Source: Octopus bimaculoides
Lineage: Eukaryota
DNA length: 64,000 bases
Direction: 5' to 3'
Assembly: GCF_001194135.2 (NCBI RefSeq)
Contig: NC_068982.1
Coordinates: forward strand, 11,720,430-11,784,429
The translations under genes and the position numbers were made by a program. Shown here piece by piece: positions 50,321 to 62,851 of the stretch (position 1 is its first letter; the number at the start of each line of letters is the position of its first letter). Below the pieces are notes generated by a model, which saw nothing but the letters and a program-made list of their open reading frames with translations, searched no databases and had not been told where the DNA came from.

Positions 50321-51117
50321 ATTTTCTTGTGGATGTATTACACACATTGCTAAAAGATGTTTTCAATCTATGTAGAAATGCTGGAAGAGAGTAAGATTTC
50401 ATTGTTGGAAAGATAAAAATTGCTTAATATATGGTGTGTGTTGATTAGTTGCTGCATTATTGTAAATAGTTTAAAGTCACTAAATCAATGGAATTCTCAT
50501 TATGAAGTAATGGCTCTGCTTATCATTGAAATCATTATTCTTAGAATTTCTCTTGTGAACCAAAAAAAAAGAAAAGAAGATATTTTAATATTTTTTATAG
50601 CTAAATTGTTCTTTAAATCTATGCCACACCACTTGTGAACATTGACTCCAACTCGAAAGCAAATTACCCTACAAACTGTATGAGATAACACTGCACAAGC
50701 CAACTCTGAGACAATGTATGGTCTTGTGTCCTGCATAAGTTCATGGATACAAATTATGTGGGCCAAATCCTCAGGTTTGCATGTTTGCATGAGGTTGTAC
50801 AAAAAAGTGCAATGACAGTTTGATCTGTTTGACATAAACAGTGGCTTGTGAACTTTCACTGTCTTTGTTTGATTGTCTTGCTGCTGGGTAGTAAAAACCG
50901 ATATGAAGGATTTCTCAATATATGGTCAGCATAAGAGATGCCAAAAGCATTGCACAGAATTTGGGTCTATGTGCCGATTAGTAATTGATATTGGGCCCCT
51001 GTAAGAGACCAGCATTCAGAGCTGTACAGGAGAACAGGTTCCACAGTAGCATGAACCATGACAGTTGTGGTGCTTTCCAAATTTATAATCTGAAAAAGTA
51101 AAAGAAGTATCTTAGGA

Positions 51118-51552
51118 CTTTTACTCTTTTACTTGTTTCAGTCATTTGACTGTGGCCATGCTAGAGCACCACCTTTAGTCGAGCAAATCGACCCCAGGAC
51201 TTATTCTTTGTAAGCCTAGTACTTATTGTGTCGGTATTTTTTGCCAAACTGCTAAGTTATGGGGACATAAACACACCAGCATCCCAGCATTGGTTGTCAA
51301 GCGATGTTGCGGGGACAAACACACAAACATATACACACACATACATACATATATATATATATATATACATACATATATACATATATATGACGGGCTTCTT
51401 TCAGTTTCTGTCTACCAAATCCACTCATATGGCTTTGGTTGGCCCAAGGCTATAGTAGAAGACACTTGCCCAAGGTGCCACGCAGTGGGACTGAACCTGG
51501 AACCATGTGGTTGGTAAGTGAGCTACTTACCACACAGCCACTCCTATGCCTA
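51118..51552 (-). mobile_element. SINE family A, well preserved
   Basis: Complete head, (AT/AC)n and tail. Confidence 0.9.
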
Positions 51553-52970
51553 TAGGAGAAGAACTTCTGGAAGTACACTGTCTGCACCACAAGATTTGCC
51601 AGTCTTGGAATGCTTAGCAACAATCAGTGCTCCATTGATGGGTGATTTCATCAATTAGAGTATTGGTGAGCAGTGGTGAGATTGGTGTCATTATAAAATT
51701 GTCTGTGGGAGTCGTGTTGTTGTTGAGCTGCTTTTCAAAGTAGGATTTCCAGCCAACCAATCAATCTTGTGAGTAACTTGCCTTTCTTTTGATGCTGACT
51801 TAGATTTGTGACCAGACAGGTTGTTAATGGCTTTCCAGTCTGTGGTAATTTTTCTGTTGTCTTCTGTCTATTTGCTCTTCAATGCATGCATTTTGGTTTG
51901 TAGTTTGTTGCTCAGCCAAGGCTAAGGATGAAGCTGCTACAGCATTTGATGTTGCAGAAGTTTTGTTCCACTGATTTACTTGTTTCAGAGTTGCCAGACT
52001 GTTTCAGGCTTCTTGAATTTTGGCATCTTACCAAGGAGTTTTCTTCTTTGAGAGTAGCACAATGGGTACATGTTACTCAGTAGCATAGGCAACAGACTTT
52101 GAAAATGTGGCGTATTCTTCTAAGCAGTCAGAAAGTTCTACACTGAGTTTGGTATATCTGTTTTTGGATGTTATAACAATGGAAGTGGAGGTATCTAGGT
52201 TGGACAGAGAGGATCAGGTGAGTTTTTACTTGTTGCTTGATTTGAATGGAGGACTGAGTTATATTGTAGCAATCAGGGTGTGATGATCTGATCTGAATGG
52301 AGGAAATGTGTAGGAATAGCAGTCTTCAATAGACTTATGATACTTTTGATGACAGACTATGTAGCCAGTTTGTAATAGTATTTTGTGTGGGCCTTTGTGC
52401 ATGAAAAGTTTGCCCTGGTCCTTGTGGAAAGCTGTGTTTGCATAGAAAAGTGTGTTTCCTGGCAGAAAGTCTGAGAAGTTTTCAGAATTTCTTTTTGGTT
52501 TGTCTGAAAATGTCCATAGATTTTGTGGCAAGACCTGCAGATGTGCATTCCAGTCATCGAGGATTACTAGGAAGGAGTTTCATCCAGCATCACAGATGGC
52601 TGCATGTCACCATTGAAAATATGTATGTCTTCTTGTTTTGCTGTAGAGTTTGGTGAGTAGCAAATGATAATATTTGGTTTAGGTCATGACTTCTGAGATT
52701 TGTTACTGCTGGAAAATGTGGAGACAAATACTTGCTGAGAAATGGATGTAACACATTCTAAGGATGCATAGGCACAGGGAATGGCCAGGAAACCAATGCC
52801 ACCATTACCTGTGTCACAGCTGTAGAGTGCAACAGCTGGTAGCCCTTGACTGTGTCCAGATATCAGACTTTCTCCTCACATATAATTCTATGTTCTTGAA
52901 AGCCAACAGCTGTGATGCCAAATCTGTCTGTTTCTGTGGCCAGTCTGTCTTGTCTCCAAACTAAGTTCAA

Positions 52971-53297
52971 GGATGACTGTGTGGTAAGAAGCTTGCTTCT
53001 CAACCACATGGTTCTGGGTTCTGTTCCACCTTGGGCAAGTGTTTTCTACTATAGTCTCAGGCTGAACAAAGCCTTGTAAGTGGATTTGGTAGATGGAAAC
53101 TGAAGCCCATCTTTTATGTGTGTGTTTGTGTGTGTCTGTTCCCAATTACTGCTTGAAAACAGGTGTTGGCGTGTTTACATCCCCATAACTTAGGAGTTCA
53201 GTAAAAGAGACCAATAAAATAAGTACCAGGCTTTTAAAAGATAAGCACTGCCCCAGCATGGCCACATTCGAATGACTGAAACGAATAAAAGATAAAA
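52971..53297 (+). mobile_element. SINE family A inserted in the LINE endonuclease region
   Basis: Head and tail motifs; LINE-like sequence on both sides. Confidence 0.85.
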
Positions 53298-53804
53298 ACG
53301 ATATGAGTGATGAAGGAGATCTGAAGAGTCTAGGTTTGATCAGAGGGCAAGCTGGTTTTGGAAGAATCCAGGGCTTGTTGTGGTTGTTGACTTTTGTAAA
53401 CCTATTTTTCACCAGGTCCACAGGTGTTACCCAAGTCTGACTGTGACCTTATTCAATTGGGTGAAGTTAAGCCAGGTTAGAAGTTGTCAGTATGTCTTTC
53501 TTTGTAGTTTTCATGGCTGTGGTCTTGGATTAACTGCATAGTTTTCCACTCTACATGCTGGATGTTTTTATGAAACCACTCATACGGAGGGCCATTGGCT
53601 CACAATGAGATCATCTGTCCTTTGACAGGTTTTGTCTTTAGTCCCGCAGTGTCCACAACACCCTTCTCACCTGATAAGCCAGATAGGCAAGCTAGTTTAG
53701 TCACTGATCACCTGACCATGATACATGTAGTGCTGTGTTACATGATCCCACTCTGGGGATTTTCCTGACCCGTGAGGTTTATTTTGATATTAATGATGCT
53801 TGTG

Positions 53805-54200
53805 AAGGTGGTGAGCTGGTAGAATTATTAGTGTGCCAGTCAAAATGCTTAGCGGCATTTCATCTGTCATTACATTCTGAGTTCAAATCCTGCTGAGCTT
53901 GACTTTGCCTTCCATCCTTTCAGGGTTGATAAAATAAATACCAGTTGAACACTGAGGGCAATGTAATCAACTTGTCCTCCTTCTAAGTTACTGGCCTTGT
54001 ACCAAAATTTTAAACCAATATTAAGTCTTAGTATATTCTATGATCCTGTTCTGAGTTCAAATTCTGCTGAGCTTGACTTTGCCTTTCATCCTTTCAGGGT
54101 CAATAAAATAAGTACCAGTTATACACTGAGGTTGATGTAATTGTCTTGTGCCATCCCTCCAATTTGCTGGCCTTGTGCCAAAATTTGGAACCATTTTCTG
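53805..54200 (+). mobile_element. SINE family B followed by a partial second copy
   Basis: CTGAGTTCAAAT.CTGCTGAGCTTGACTTTGCCTT.CATCCTTTCAGGGT occurs near 53876 and 54050. Confidence 0.8.
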
Positions 54201-54518
54201 TGGTGCTTGTGAGAAATAATGCACAGCAAACTGCAAAAGATGAGTTGAGAGTAAAGCCTGGTTTTTATATTCTCTAGTAACTTTTGATTTTTTAAAGCTT
54301 TTAATGCTTCCCCCCCCCCCAAAAAAAAAGCATGGAAGTGCCAAGCTCTTGCTCTGTGATCTAAAACATGTTTGGATTTTGTGTGCTTTGTAATTATATA
54401 AATCATAAGTTAAAACAAAGTAGCATTTTTTGTTTGTTTTCATTATTCTATGATTTAAGGTTTACAAACAACAATCAGTGTAATCAAATGGAAGAACTTT
54501 TAATATTAGTGATTTAAT

Positions 54519-55160
54519 AAGGCGACTAGCTGGCAGAATCGTTAGCATACCGGGTGAAATGCTTAGTGGTATTTCATCTGTCTTTACATTCTGAGTTCAA
54601 ATTCCACTGAGGTCAACTTTGCCGTTCGTCCTTCTGTGGTTGATAAAATAAGTACCAGTTGAGTATTGGGGTCGATTTAATTGAGTTGGCTCTTCCCCCN
54701 NNNNNNNNNGGTCCTTGTGCCTAGAGTAGAAAAGATCATTAGCACACCGGGCAAAATGCTTAGCAGTGTTTTGTCTGTCTTTATGTTCTGAGTTCAAATT
54801 CCACTGAGGTCAACTTTGCCGTTCGTCCTTCTGTGGTTGATAAAATAAGTACCAGTTGAGTATTGGGGTCGATTTAATTGAGTTGGCTCTTCCCCCAAAA
54901 TTGCTAGTTTTGTACCAGAATTTGAAATCAATATTAGTGATTTAGTAGAAATGGTAGAGTAACAGGCTGGAATAAATACCTTACTACAACACTTAAATTT
55001 ATCCCTCTGTGCTCTGGTTTCAAATCCTGCCAAACTTATCTTGGCATTTCATTTCTCTAGAGTCAAGACAAGGAGTGTCTGTAAAATGCTAGAATCAATT
55101 TCTATCAACCATTCCTATCTCCTACAAAAGTTAGCCATTGTGCCAAGGGAAATAAAGAAA
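54519..55160 (+). mobile_element. cluster of SINE family B copies around a 10-N gap
   Basis: Two identical ~110-bp segments either side of the gap, plus a decayed third copy. Confidence 0.75.
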
Positions 55161-56289
55161 TAGATATTAGAGATTTATAACATCATTAGTAATATATGTC
55201 TCTCAGTGAGTTATGTCATTAGATAATGTTTCTAACTTAAACTCGATATTTTCTCATTGATAAACGAGTCATAATTTATGATGATACAAATTATAATAAT
55301 TGTTTTTGTTGTAATAAAAACAGAAAACATACAAAACTGTTTTTTTTTTACCTTTGCAAATATAATATTAATTAGAACTATATGCATATGCATTTATCAT
55401 AGAAAACCACTATTAAAATACAAAGAAAATGATTAATGCAAGTTTCATTTTTAATATGGTTTCTTTTTTTTTTTGCTTTCTTCCCAGTATTTTCTTTGTA
55501 GAGCTCCTTTTCATATGACAGCTGAAATTTCTAAACTAACATATGAAATTCTGTATTTTGATTTGTAGTTGTGGGTTTGATAACATTGTATCATTTTCCT
55601 ATATGGTCACCACATTTTTTGTAATCTTTAATTTTATTTAGCTTATAGCAGCATAGTTTTATCTTTCAATCAATATTTGACACTCTTAATCCTAGTTGTC
55701 GTTTTCACTGCTTTAGATTCATTTTTCTATGCTAGAATTTGTGCTCTTGTAAAAATCTAATTAGGAAATTTGCATACCGTTGGACAATTGATTGTACAGC
55801 TCGACATATATGAGGCTTGTATTCATAACTATATGAATGAACATGAACAGTCGTCAAGCAGCTATAACACAGTAACATGATGTCCCATTCTGTTTTTTAT
55901 TTGAAATCAGTCAATATATTATGAATTCAGTCAATCCTATTATTTTCATGTCTTTCCTGATATGAAACCTATTTACTTTATAGTGTTAGGTTATAATATT
56001 TCTCAAGAATATTTTCCACAAGCTGTTTCATTATTGTTAAGAGCAAAAATATATAAGAATTTCCTCTAATTTCAGATTGACATTTATTCTGTGTAATTAT
56101 CATTGAGTAAATTTTCTAAATAAATAGAATTTATTTATAGTCTTGTCTTGTTGTTATTGTTGTTATTTAACCCTAGGTCTAATCAAACAGACCTATAATG
56201 AAATGCATTCCAGTGCTGAGACCATCCTGTCTTTTTCCTATGTAGTGCATCTATAGCCACGTTATCTGATGTTTCCTTGTTTTCTAAGC

Positions 56290-56800
56290 GGGATAAGTGG
56301 CAGAAAGGTCTGTGATGCTGTTAGATGTCCAGAGCCACATGCACACTACACTGTGGGTGCATCTCCCTACCAGCCCGAGAGAGCCGGGAAAACTTTGAAC
56401 CACCTCCTGTGATAGGGATCGGGGCCTGGAACTAAACGTACGAATGAGGATTTCCTGATAGGTACAGGCCGTTAATTCACGTTGATTGATCACATCCCTG
56501 CTCTTTGCACACACTGCCCATCGCTATTACTGATCAAATAATTTAGTGGGGTCTTTACATCTGGTTGAGTCCACTTATGTGTGCTGTCATTAACACGTTC
56601 TCTGATGCCATGAAAAACGGTGAGAGGATTGGTTGCTATTTCAGACATGGCGAGCAACTTTTGAGAGACTCCTTGGTGCAGGATTTTAGATTGAAGTTGT
56701 TACTGATCATTGAATTTATGAATTCTGCCATCAGGTCCATGAATTTTATGTTGTGCATATTTATTGACCATACTGGTTCAGGGAATACACTTAACAAAGT
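56290..56800 (-). mobile_element. possible decayed non-LTR element C-terminal fragment (R2/NeSL-like)
   Basis: GC-richer island; stop-interrupted frames give KWTQ..LISNSDGQ, INGLY and RLSRAGREMHPQCSVH, loosely like R2-group W..L..S.DG / RIN.LP / RGR....C motifs. Confidence 0.3.
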
Positions 56801-56907
56801 TGCTTAATAATTGTGGTGTTCATGACCGTAAGATTGTGGGTTTTGTTCCTGGACTCTGCAGAGTGTTGTTTCCTTGAGCAAAATATTTTATTTCTCATTG
56901 CTTCAAT

Positions 56908-57206
56908 GTTCATCATCATCATCATTTAACGTCTGTTGTCCATTCTGGCATGGGTTGGATGGCTTAACTGGGTTGACAGGCTGGAAAGGCTGCACCAAAC
57001 TCCAGTCTGCTTTGGCCTGGTTTTCTACAGCTGGATACCCTTCGTAACACCAACCACTCCAAGAGTGTAATGGGTGCTTTGATATGCCACCAGCATGGGT
57101 GCCATTCACATGACACCAGGGCGCATTTACGTGCCAATTTGTGTAATACTGGTATCTGCCACAACTGCGATTTTGCTCGGCTTGATGGGTCTTTTTCTCA
57201 AGCACG
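56908..57206 (-). mobile_element. RTE 3' end retrocopy (family C)
   Basis: LEKKTHQA-like ORF2 end, UTR motifs, (GAT)n. Confidence 0.85.
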
Positions 57207-57517
57207 TCAACTGAAATTGGCTACCAGCCATAGCTGGTGACTAATCTTGCATCAGACTGGCTGGCCTCTGTCTAGCAGGACCCTTTAAGAGTAGCAACTG
57301 TTCCATGTTCTATTTCTAGTATAGAAAGGTTGTCTTGATACCCCTTGTTATCACGATAGCCTTTCGCATGATAACTTTTGTGCTACACACACAAAAATTC
57401 TAGACCTCATCCCCAAAATGTTTCTGTACTGCAACATGATGCTATCAGGATGAATTCCTCTTGATGAGCACACTTACCATCATCATCCTTAATGTGTGTA
57501 ACCATTCAAACACTCCT

Positions 57518-57766
57518 TTAACCCATTAGCATTCAGCTTTCTCTGCCAAATGCAAGGTTTATTTATTCACATTGTTTTGAATTAATCAGGCATTATCTCA
57601 TAGCTTTGCAATTTTCATTGTAGCCTTGAGATTCAGAGGATGTGATTGTTTATTTTTAGAATGACATTGTAGGGTAAGTGTAAGAGGCTGGATCTGCCTG
57701 GTTTAAACATAAAATAGGTTGAATATTTGAAGCTGGATATGGCTGGTTTAAATGGTAAAGGGTTAA
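57518..57766. mobile_element. piggyBac-like MITE family P2
   Basis: TTAA-CCCATTAGCATT ... AATGGTAAAGGG-TTAA. Confidence 0.8.
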
Positions 57767-57767
57767 T

Positions 57768-58181
57768 CAGCGCTTGATTAAACATTAAGCGCTTAGGGCA
57801 TCAAGGGAAGGAGGAGGAGACACAGAAATGGTAAATGGTTTACGGTACAAAAGAAATCCCTTTAAACTTGCCAAAATAATATTCGAGATGTCTTTATCTC
57901 TACTAAGTAAAGATGCAGAAGTGTTACCTAAGATTAATTTTGAGGATCTGATCAAAGACTTTGAAATTCAAAAAAGTAGGAGGAAACTTTTTAAATAGAA
58001 ATAAAGTGAAAGTAGACAAAATATAAACATTATTTTCCCTCTTACTGTTTTGTTTCATTTTGAAAAATAAAAATTTATTTTATGGTTTGTTATTGTTTAT
58101 ATTTTGAATTACATAATCTTTTATGGGGGCACCAAAATCTTTTAAGTGCTTGGGGCCTTGATGGGTCTAAATCTGGCCCTG
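57768..58181 (+). mobile_element. hAT deletion derivative retaining the transposase C-terminus
   Basis: TIR CAGCGCTTGATTAA vs rc CAGGGCCAGATTTA; TSD GGGTTAAT/AGGTTAAT; 57888-57998 encodes MSLSLLSKDAEVLPKINFEDLIKDFEIQKSRRKLFK*. Confidence 0.75.
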
Positions 58182-58847
58182 AGGTTAATGATACTGAAAG
58201 TAGAATTAAGCACTAATTTTATAGATGGGCCTAATTAATTTCTCTAAAACAAATTAATTGAGAGATGGATGCACCAATAAAGAGTTACACTGTTGACTTC
58301 TATGAAAATATATAGTACATCTGAATGTTTGCTACAGCTGAAGAGGAAATAACTAGCTTAAAATAATAGCGATAGATGTTAAAATAAATACTGATAAATT
58401 ATTAATCAAAAATATGTGAAAGGTTTAGATCAATGTTTCTTGAAATTTTTCTGTGCCATCCACCTTTTCAAGTTCATCATCCTGACTCACTCCCATGTAT
58501 GATAAAAATGTGGTCTGCTATATATTGTAGTTTACTGCGTAACATTAACAGCTTGATATTAATTTAACAGTGACGTCCTTACAAACCAACATTTAAGGAG
58601 AATAGACTTAGCCAAAGCGTGTGAATCATGATAAAAAATTGTTCAACCTTAAAGCAATTTCCTTGCTGGAATTCAAAATCCTCTCGCCAATCCTGAAATT
58701 TTTCTCCCTGTTTAATAATTGCTGGTCCACATTTATCCGTCCATCTTCTCTGCCCACTATTCCTGGGCAGGTCATGGAGGAAGGCTCCTCAGAAATATGG
58801 TAGTGTTTAAAATGATTTTTATTTGTGAGTAACCTGTATTCTTTAAT

Positions 58848-59210
58848 CATCATCATCATCGTCATTGTCATCATCATTTAATGTCTGTTTTTCATGCTGG
58901 CATGGGCTGGATGGTTTGACAGGAACTGACCAACCGGGGAGTTGTCCAGACTCCAGTTGCCTGTTGTGGCATGGTTTCTACAGCCAGTTGCCTTTCCTAA
59001 TGCCAACTACTTAACAGAGTGTGCTGGGTGCTCTTAATATTAAAAAAGGCGGTAGTTAGGGTGGTGAGCTGGCAGAATCGTTAGCAATCTGGGCAAAATG
59101 CTTAGCGGCATCGACCACTCTTGCATGGTACTTTTTACGTGCCACTGGCATTGGAGCCGCCTGTCTGGTGGCACTGGCATCAACCATGCTTTTTATGTGC
59201 CAGTCAGGTG
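58848..59210 (-). mobile_element. decayed RTE 3'UTR retrocopy with a SINE B head (59058-59112) inside
   Basis: Family C motifs at 58848-59035 and 59115-59210 flank GGTGGTGAGCTGGCAGAATCGTTAGC. Confidence 0.65.
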
Positions 59211-59289
59211 GATTAATTTGAGTTTCTGTAGTATCGACACTCCAACAAAATTATAGATGGAGAAAATTCTAGTGGCATGTATGGTTGAG

Positions 59290-59830
59290 TGTGAATGACA
59301 GGATGAAATGTTTAATGATGGGTGTGAAGGATATGATAACAAGAAGAGATGTGGGCGTATTAAGTGCACCATGTTCCGAATGGTAATTACAGAATTTATA
59401 AAGTAGTTAGTTGCTTAGTTATTATAGCGCTTTTATTAAGTAAAAGCCTTTACATCTTGATTAAGAAATCTGTGTGATGTAGGATGTCTGTGCATTTAGT
59501 TGTAGTAAGATCAGCTCAGTTATGTGATTAATATTCCCATGTTAATTGCAGTCATGCTTTGTAAAGGGCCTGTAAGTGATCAGAGCTCAAGTTTGGCTTG
59601 ATTAGAAGTTCCAATTTAGGATGGAGATTTCGTAAAGTTGAAGTCACCATGGAAGAGCATCAAAGTTTGCGAGACGTAACATTTGTTATGTTTTTGAAAG
59701 ATTTTATTGTTTTGTATAAGTGCAGAGAACATGAAGTGCACAAAACCGTTTCTTTGATGTTATAATTGCATCTTTGCATCAGACTAGGTTGTTGTATCAC
59801 CATTATAGAACTACCATGAGACGTCTAGTT
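59290..59830 (-). mobile_element. possible decayed LINE endonuclease remnant
   Basis: GDFNF at 59634-59648 in an otherwise stop-riddled frame. Confidence 0.3.
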
Positions 59831-60009
59831 TATATAATGACAACAGTGTGTAGAAAATTAAGGTGAAGTTTTCTTCATCATTATGACACTTATCTATATA
59901 AGACAAGGCTTTTTGTGTCCCTTTTATTGCCCCTATTCAGTAAGAATGTAAACTCTTCTGGGTTTGGTCACTATTTTTAGTTTTTATTAATCTGTTCAGA
60001 TGTTACTCC

Positions 60010-60388
60010 TCTTTTATATATTTTACTTGTTTCAGTCATTAGACTAGGGCTCTGCTGGGACACTACCTTGAAGGGGCTTTGTTGAACAAACCAAATTGAT
60101 CCCAGTACTTATTTTTAACATTTTTCTTTCAGTATTTTTTGTGGAACCTCTTAGTTATGGGGACATAAACAAACCAACACTGATAGTCAAGTGGTGGTGT
60201 GGAGACAAGCACACACACACATACACAATAGGCTTCTTTCAGTTTTCATCTACCAATTCCATTCAGAGGGCTTTGGTCAACCCAGAGTTATAGTAGAAGG
60301 CTCTTGCCTTAGGTACCATGCAGTTGAATTGAACCTTGAGTTATGTGGTTAGAAAGCAAACTTTTTATCACACAGCCACACCTGCACT
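60010..60388 (-). mobile_element. SINE family A
   Basis: Head and tail motifs. Confidence 0.85.
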
Positions 60389-60394
60389 TATATC

Positions 60395-60930
60395 TAAAAT
60401 AAATTGAAAGAAACACAGAGTGTCTCAACAGAAATAGGGTAAAAAAAAGGGTTAATAAATGATTAATTTAACCCTTTTGTTACCAACCCACCTGAAACCA
60501 CCTCTGGCTCTGTAGTACAAATGTCTTGTTTTCAAAAGTTCTGAATTAAAATCTTCCACCAAACCTTAATCACAATTTAAGTTCTTAACACTAGCTGAAT
60601 GATAACTAAGTTATTTTACTAAATTCTTTGTTATATTTAAAATTAATTGAAAGAAACACAGAACATCTCAACGGAAATATGGTAGCAAAAGGGTTATCAA
60701 ATGATTAATTTGACCCTTTCGATACCAACCTGTCTGAAACTACCTTTGGCTCTGTAGTACATATGTCTTGTTTTCAAAAGTTCTGAATTAAAATCCTCCA
60801 CCAAACCTTAGTCACAATTTATGTTCCTAACACTAGCTTAATGATAACTAAGTTATTTTACTAAATTCTTTGTTATATTTAAAATTAATTGAAAGAAACA
60901 CAGAGCATCTCAACAGAAATATGGTAACTA
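60395..60930. repeat. tandem array (242-bp period, about 2.2 units) of piggyBac-like MITE P1
   Basis: Units start at 60472 and 60714, each preceded by GGGTTA(A/T)-(T/C)AAATGATTAAT. Confidence 0.9.
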
Positions 60931-61647
60931 TGTAAACCCAGAGAAAATAAATGAGTTCAATATTTCCACTGTAAATAAATCTTAACCATGAACGGAGAGT
61001 TTTGAAACTGAAAGTAAATGTGAAATTTCAATGTGATTGTAGATGCACAATGCACTAAAAAAGCTTCATTAAAATCATAAGGTAACATAAATTAAAACCA
61101 GCTGCTGCGAGGTGTAACCAACGTGATTTCAACTTGAATCATTTCTTTGAAGCAGCTCAATTTCTGGGAATATTCTGCTGGATTGATGTCTTTTTTTAGG
61201 AATGTGGACTGCCATGACCTCACTTCATTGTTACACATCAATTACTGTCTGTAATTGCGTGTAACACTTCCTGTTTGACATGTGTATAAAGAAATAGGTT
61301 GCAGGTTTACTTATAGGCTTGTATTTATCCAGGTTATTAGTGATTCTGAATATGAATAAGATCAAATTCCAAATACTTAGTTGTGCCACTCCCATTCCTG
61401 CTCTGGAAGATATGTGGTCGATGTTCTCATAGCAGTATGAAAAGCAGTATGAAATACCTTAAAAATTTTATAGTACAGAAATACGTTAGTTTCAGGTTCA
61501 AACATCCACCTGAGTCAGGGCTCTTTGATTTTCAGCTGAAAAACAAAACCAATTTATTCATTAATATCTGCTCAATTCAAACCAACCTTGCTGCTTTGTG
61601 TGGAATCTTTGTATATGAACCAAGCAAATTGTATTGAAAATATATCT

Positions 61648-62003
61648 TGTCATCATCATCATCATCATCGTTTAACGTCCGCTTTCCATGCTAGCATGGG
61701 TTGGACGATTTGACTGAGGACTGGTGAAACCGGATGGCAACACCAGGCTCCAATCTAATTTGGCAGAGTTTCTACAGCTGGATGCTCTTCCTAACACCAA
61801 CCACTCCGAGAGTGTAGTGGGTGCTTTTACGTGCCACCGGCACAAAGGCCAGTCAGGCGGTACTGGCAATGGCCATGCTCAAAATGGTGTATTTTATGTG
61901 CCACCCGCACAAGAGCCAATCCAGGGGCACTGGCAACGATCTCGCTTGAAAATCCTACGAAACCCAGTCAGGCGGTACTGGCAATGGCCACGCTCAAACT
62001 CAA
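61648..62003 (-). mobile_element. RTE 3'UTR retrocopy (family C)
   Basis: Close match to the reverse complement of 20160-20580. Confidence 0.9.
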
Positions 62004-62769
62004 ACTTGTGAAGTAGAAAATGAGATCAAGGATATAGAAATATTCCTAACAAGAAGTAAATACCCTGTATTTGAACATGGAGCCAAAAAAACAGGGTTGG
62101 GAGAAAGGAACGAGAAGGCATGCTGCTTGAGGATACCCCACTAAAGTGAATCTGCCTGCAGTGAGGTGACCGGATACACTAAGAACTGAATATGCATCTC
62201 TTCTTGGAAGTCATTTCTAAGCTGCTTCTTGTCCAAGAGTCAAAGAAACTCTAACCCTAGCAAATTATACACACTGGCAAATTGCCCATCTAGAAATGCT
62301 GACAAATACTTTTGTTCCTTCACAGTATAGTCAATCAAATAGAAAGAATTTTAACAAATTACACCATAGGTAGCACTATCTAGCCATTAGATATATTTAT
62401 TAGAAAGCCCATAAATATGGTAGTCTTGATTGGTAAAAGACATTTTGACAGCAACCTAAGTACAATAGTTATTGCTAACAAGACCATTGAGAGAAACAAT
62501 AATTTGTGTATTAAAGAAGAATGTTTATTAGTTGTCTGCAACCAAAGCTCAAGAATTGTTATGAACTCAGTTACTAACACCTTATAAGTGGTACTTTGAA
62601 TATTCCAGCTCACACATCTTTGCCTTACTCTGTGCAGTGCAGAAATGGTTGTGGTGTTGTTTATAGTTTATTTGTCATTTCAAATTTTGTCGGTTCATAA
62701 TATTGACTTGTTAAAACCAAAATATATATTACATTTAATACATTTATTTCTCTCTAAATTTGTATTGTT

Positions 62770-62792
62770 GTTTTTATTATTATTATTATTAT

Positions 62793-62850
<58 letters not shown>
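62770..62850. repeat. (TTA)n(GTA)n microsatellite
   Basis: Direct reading. Confidence 0.95.

Positions 62851-62851
<1 letters not shown>

Larger units (their letters stand above)
50620..53420 (-). mobile_element. decayed RTE-clade (RTEX-like) LINE: APE endonuclease, linker and C-terminus; RT core absent; two SINE A insertions
   Basis: Minus strand: GITAVGFQEHR, GNGGIGFL, IICYSPN, FLVILDDWNAH (52541-52573), NTAFHK..QTGYI..SDH (52259-52531), WKAINNLSG, KTGKSCGADSVLPEV (51560-51607), ATVEPVLLYSSECW (51009-51050), KFTSHCL. Confidence 0.75.

Noticed and set aside
54589-54896. Identical ~110-bp tandem SINE B segments
   Set aside because: They straddle a 10-N gap, so they may be an assembly artefact. 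A true recent duplication cannot be told apart without reads.
58626-58877. Minus-strand ORF (EEPSSMTCPGIVGREDGR...) and an overlapping open frame
   Set aside because: The start is supplied by a (GAT)n retrocopy tail, splice sites are poor, and no homology is recognised.
62380-62613. Open frames on both strands
   Set aside because: No recognisable motif or splice pair; compatible with chance.
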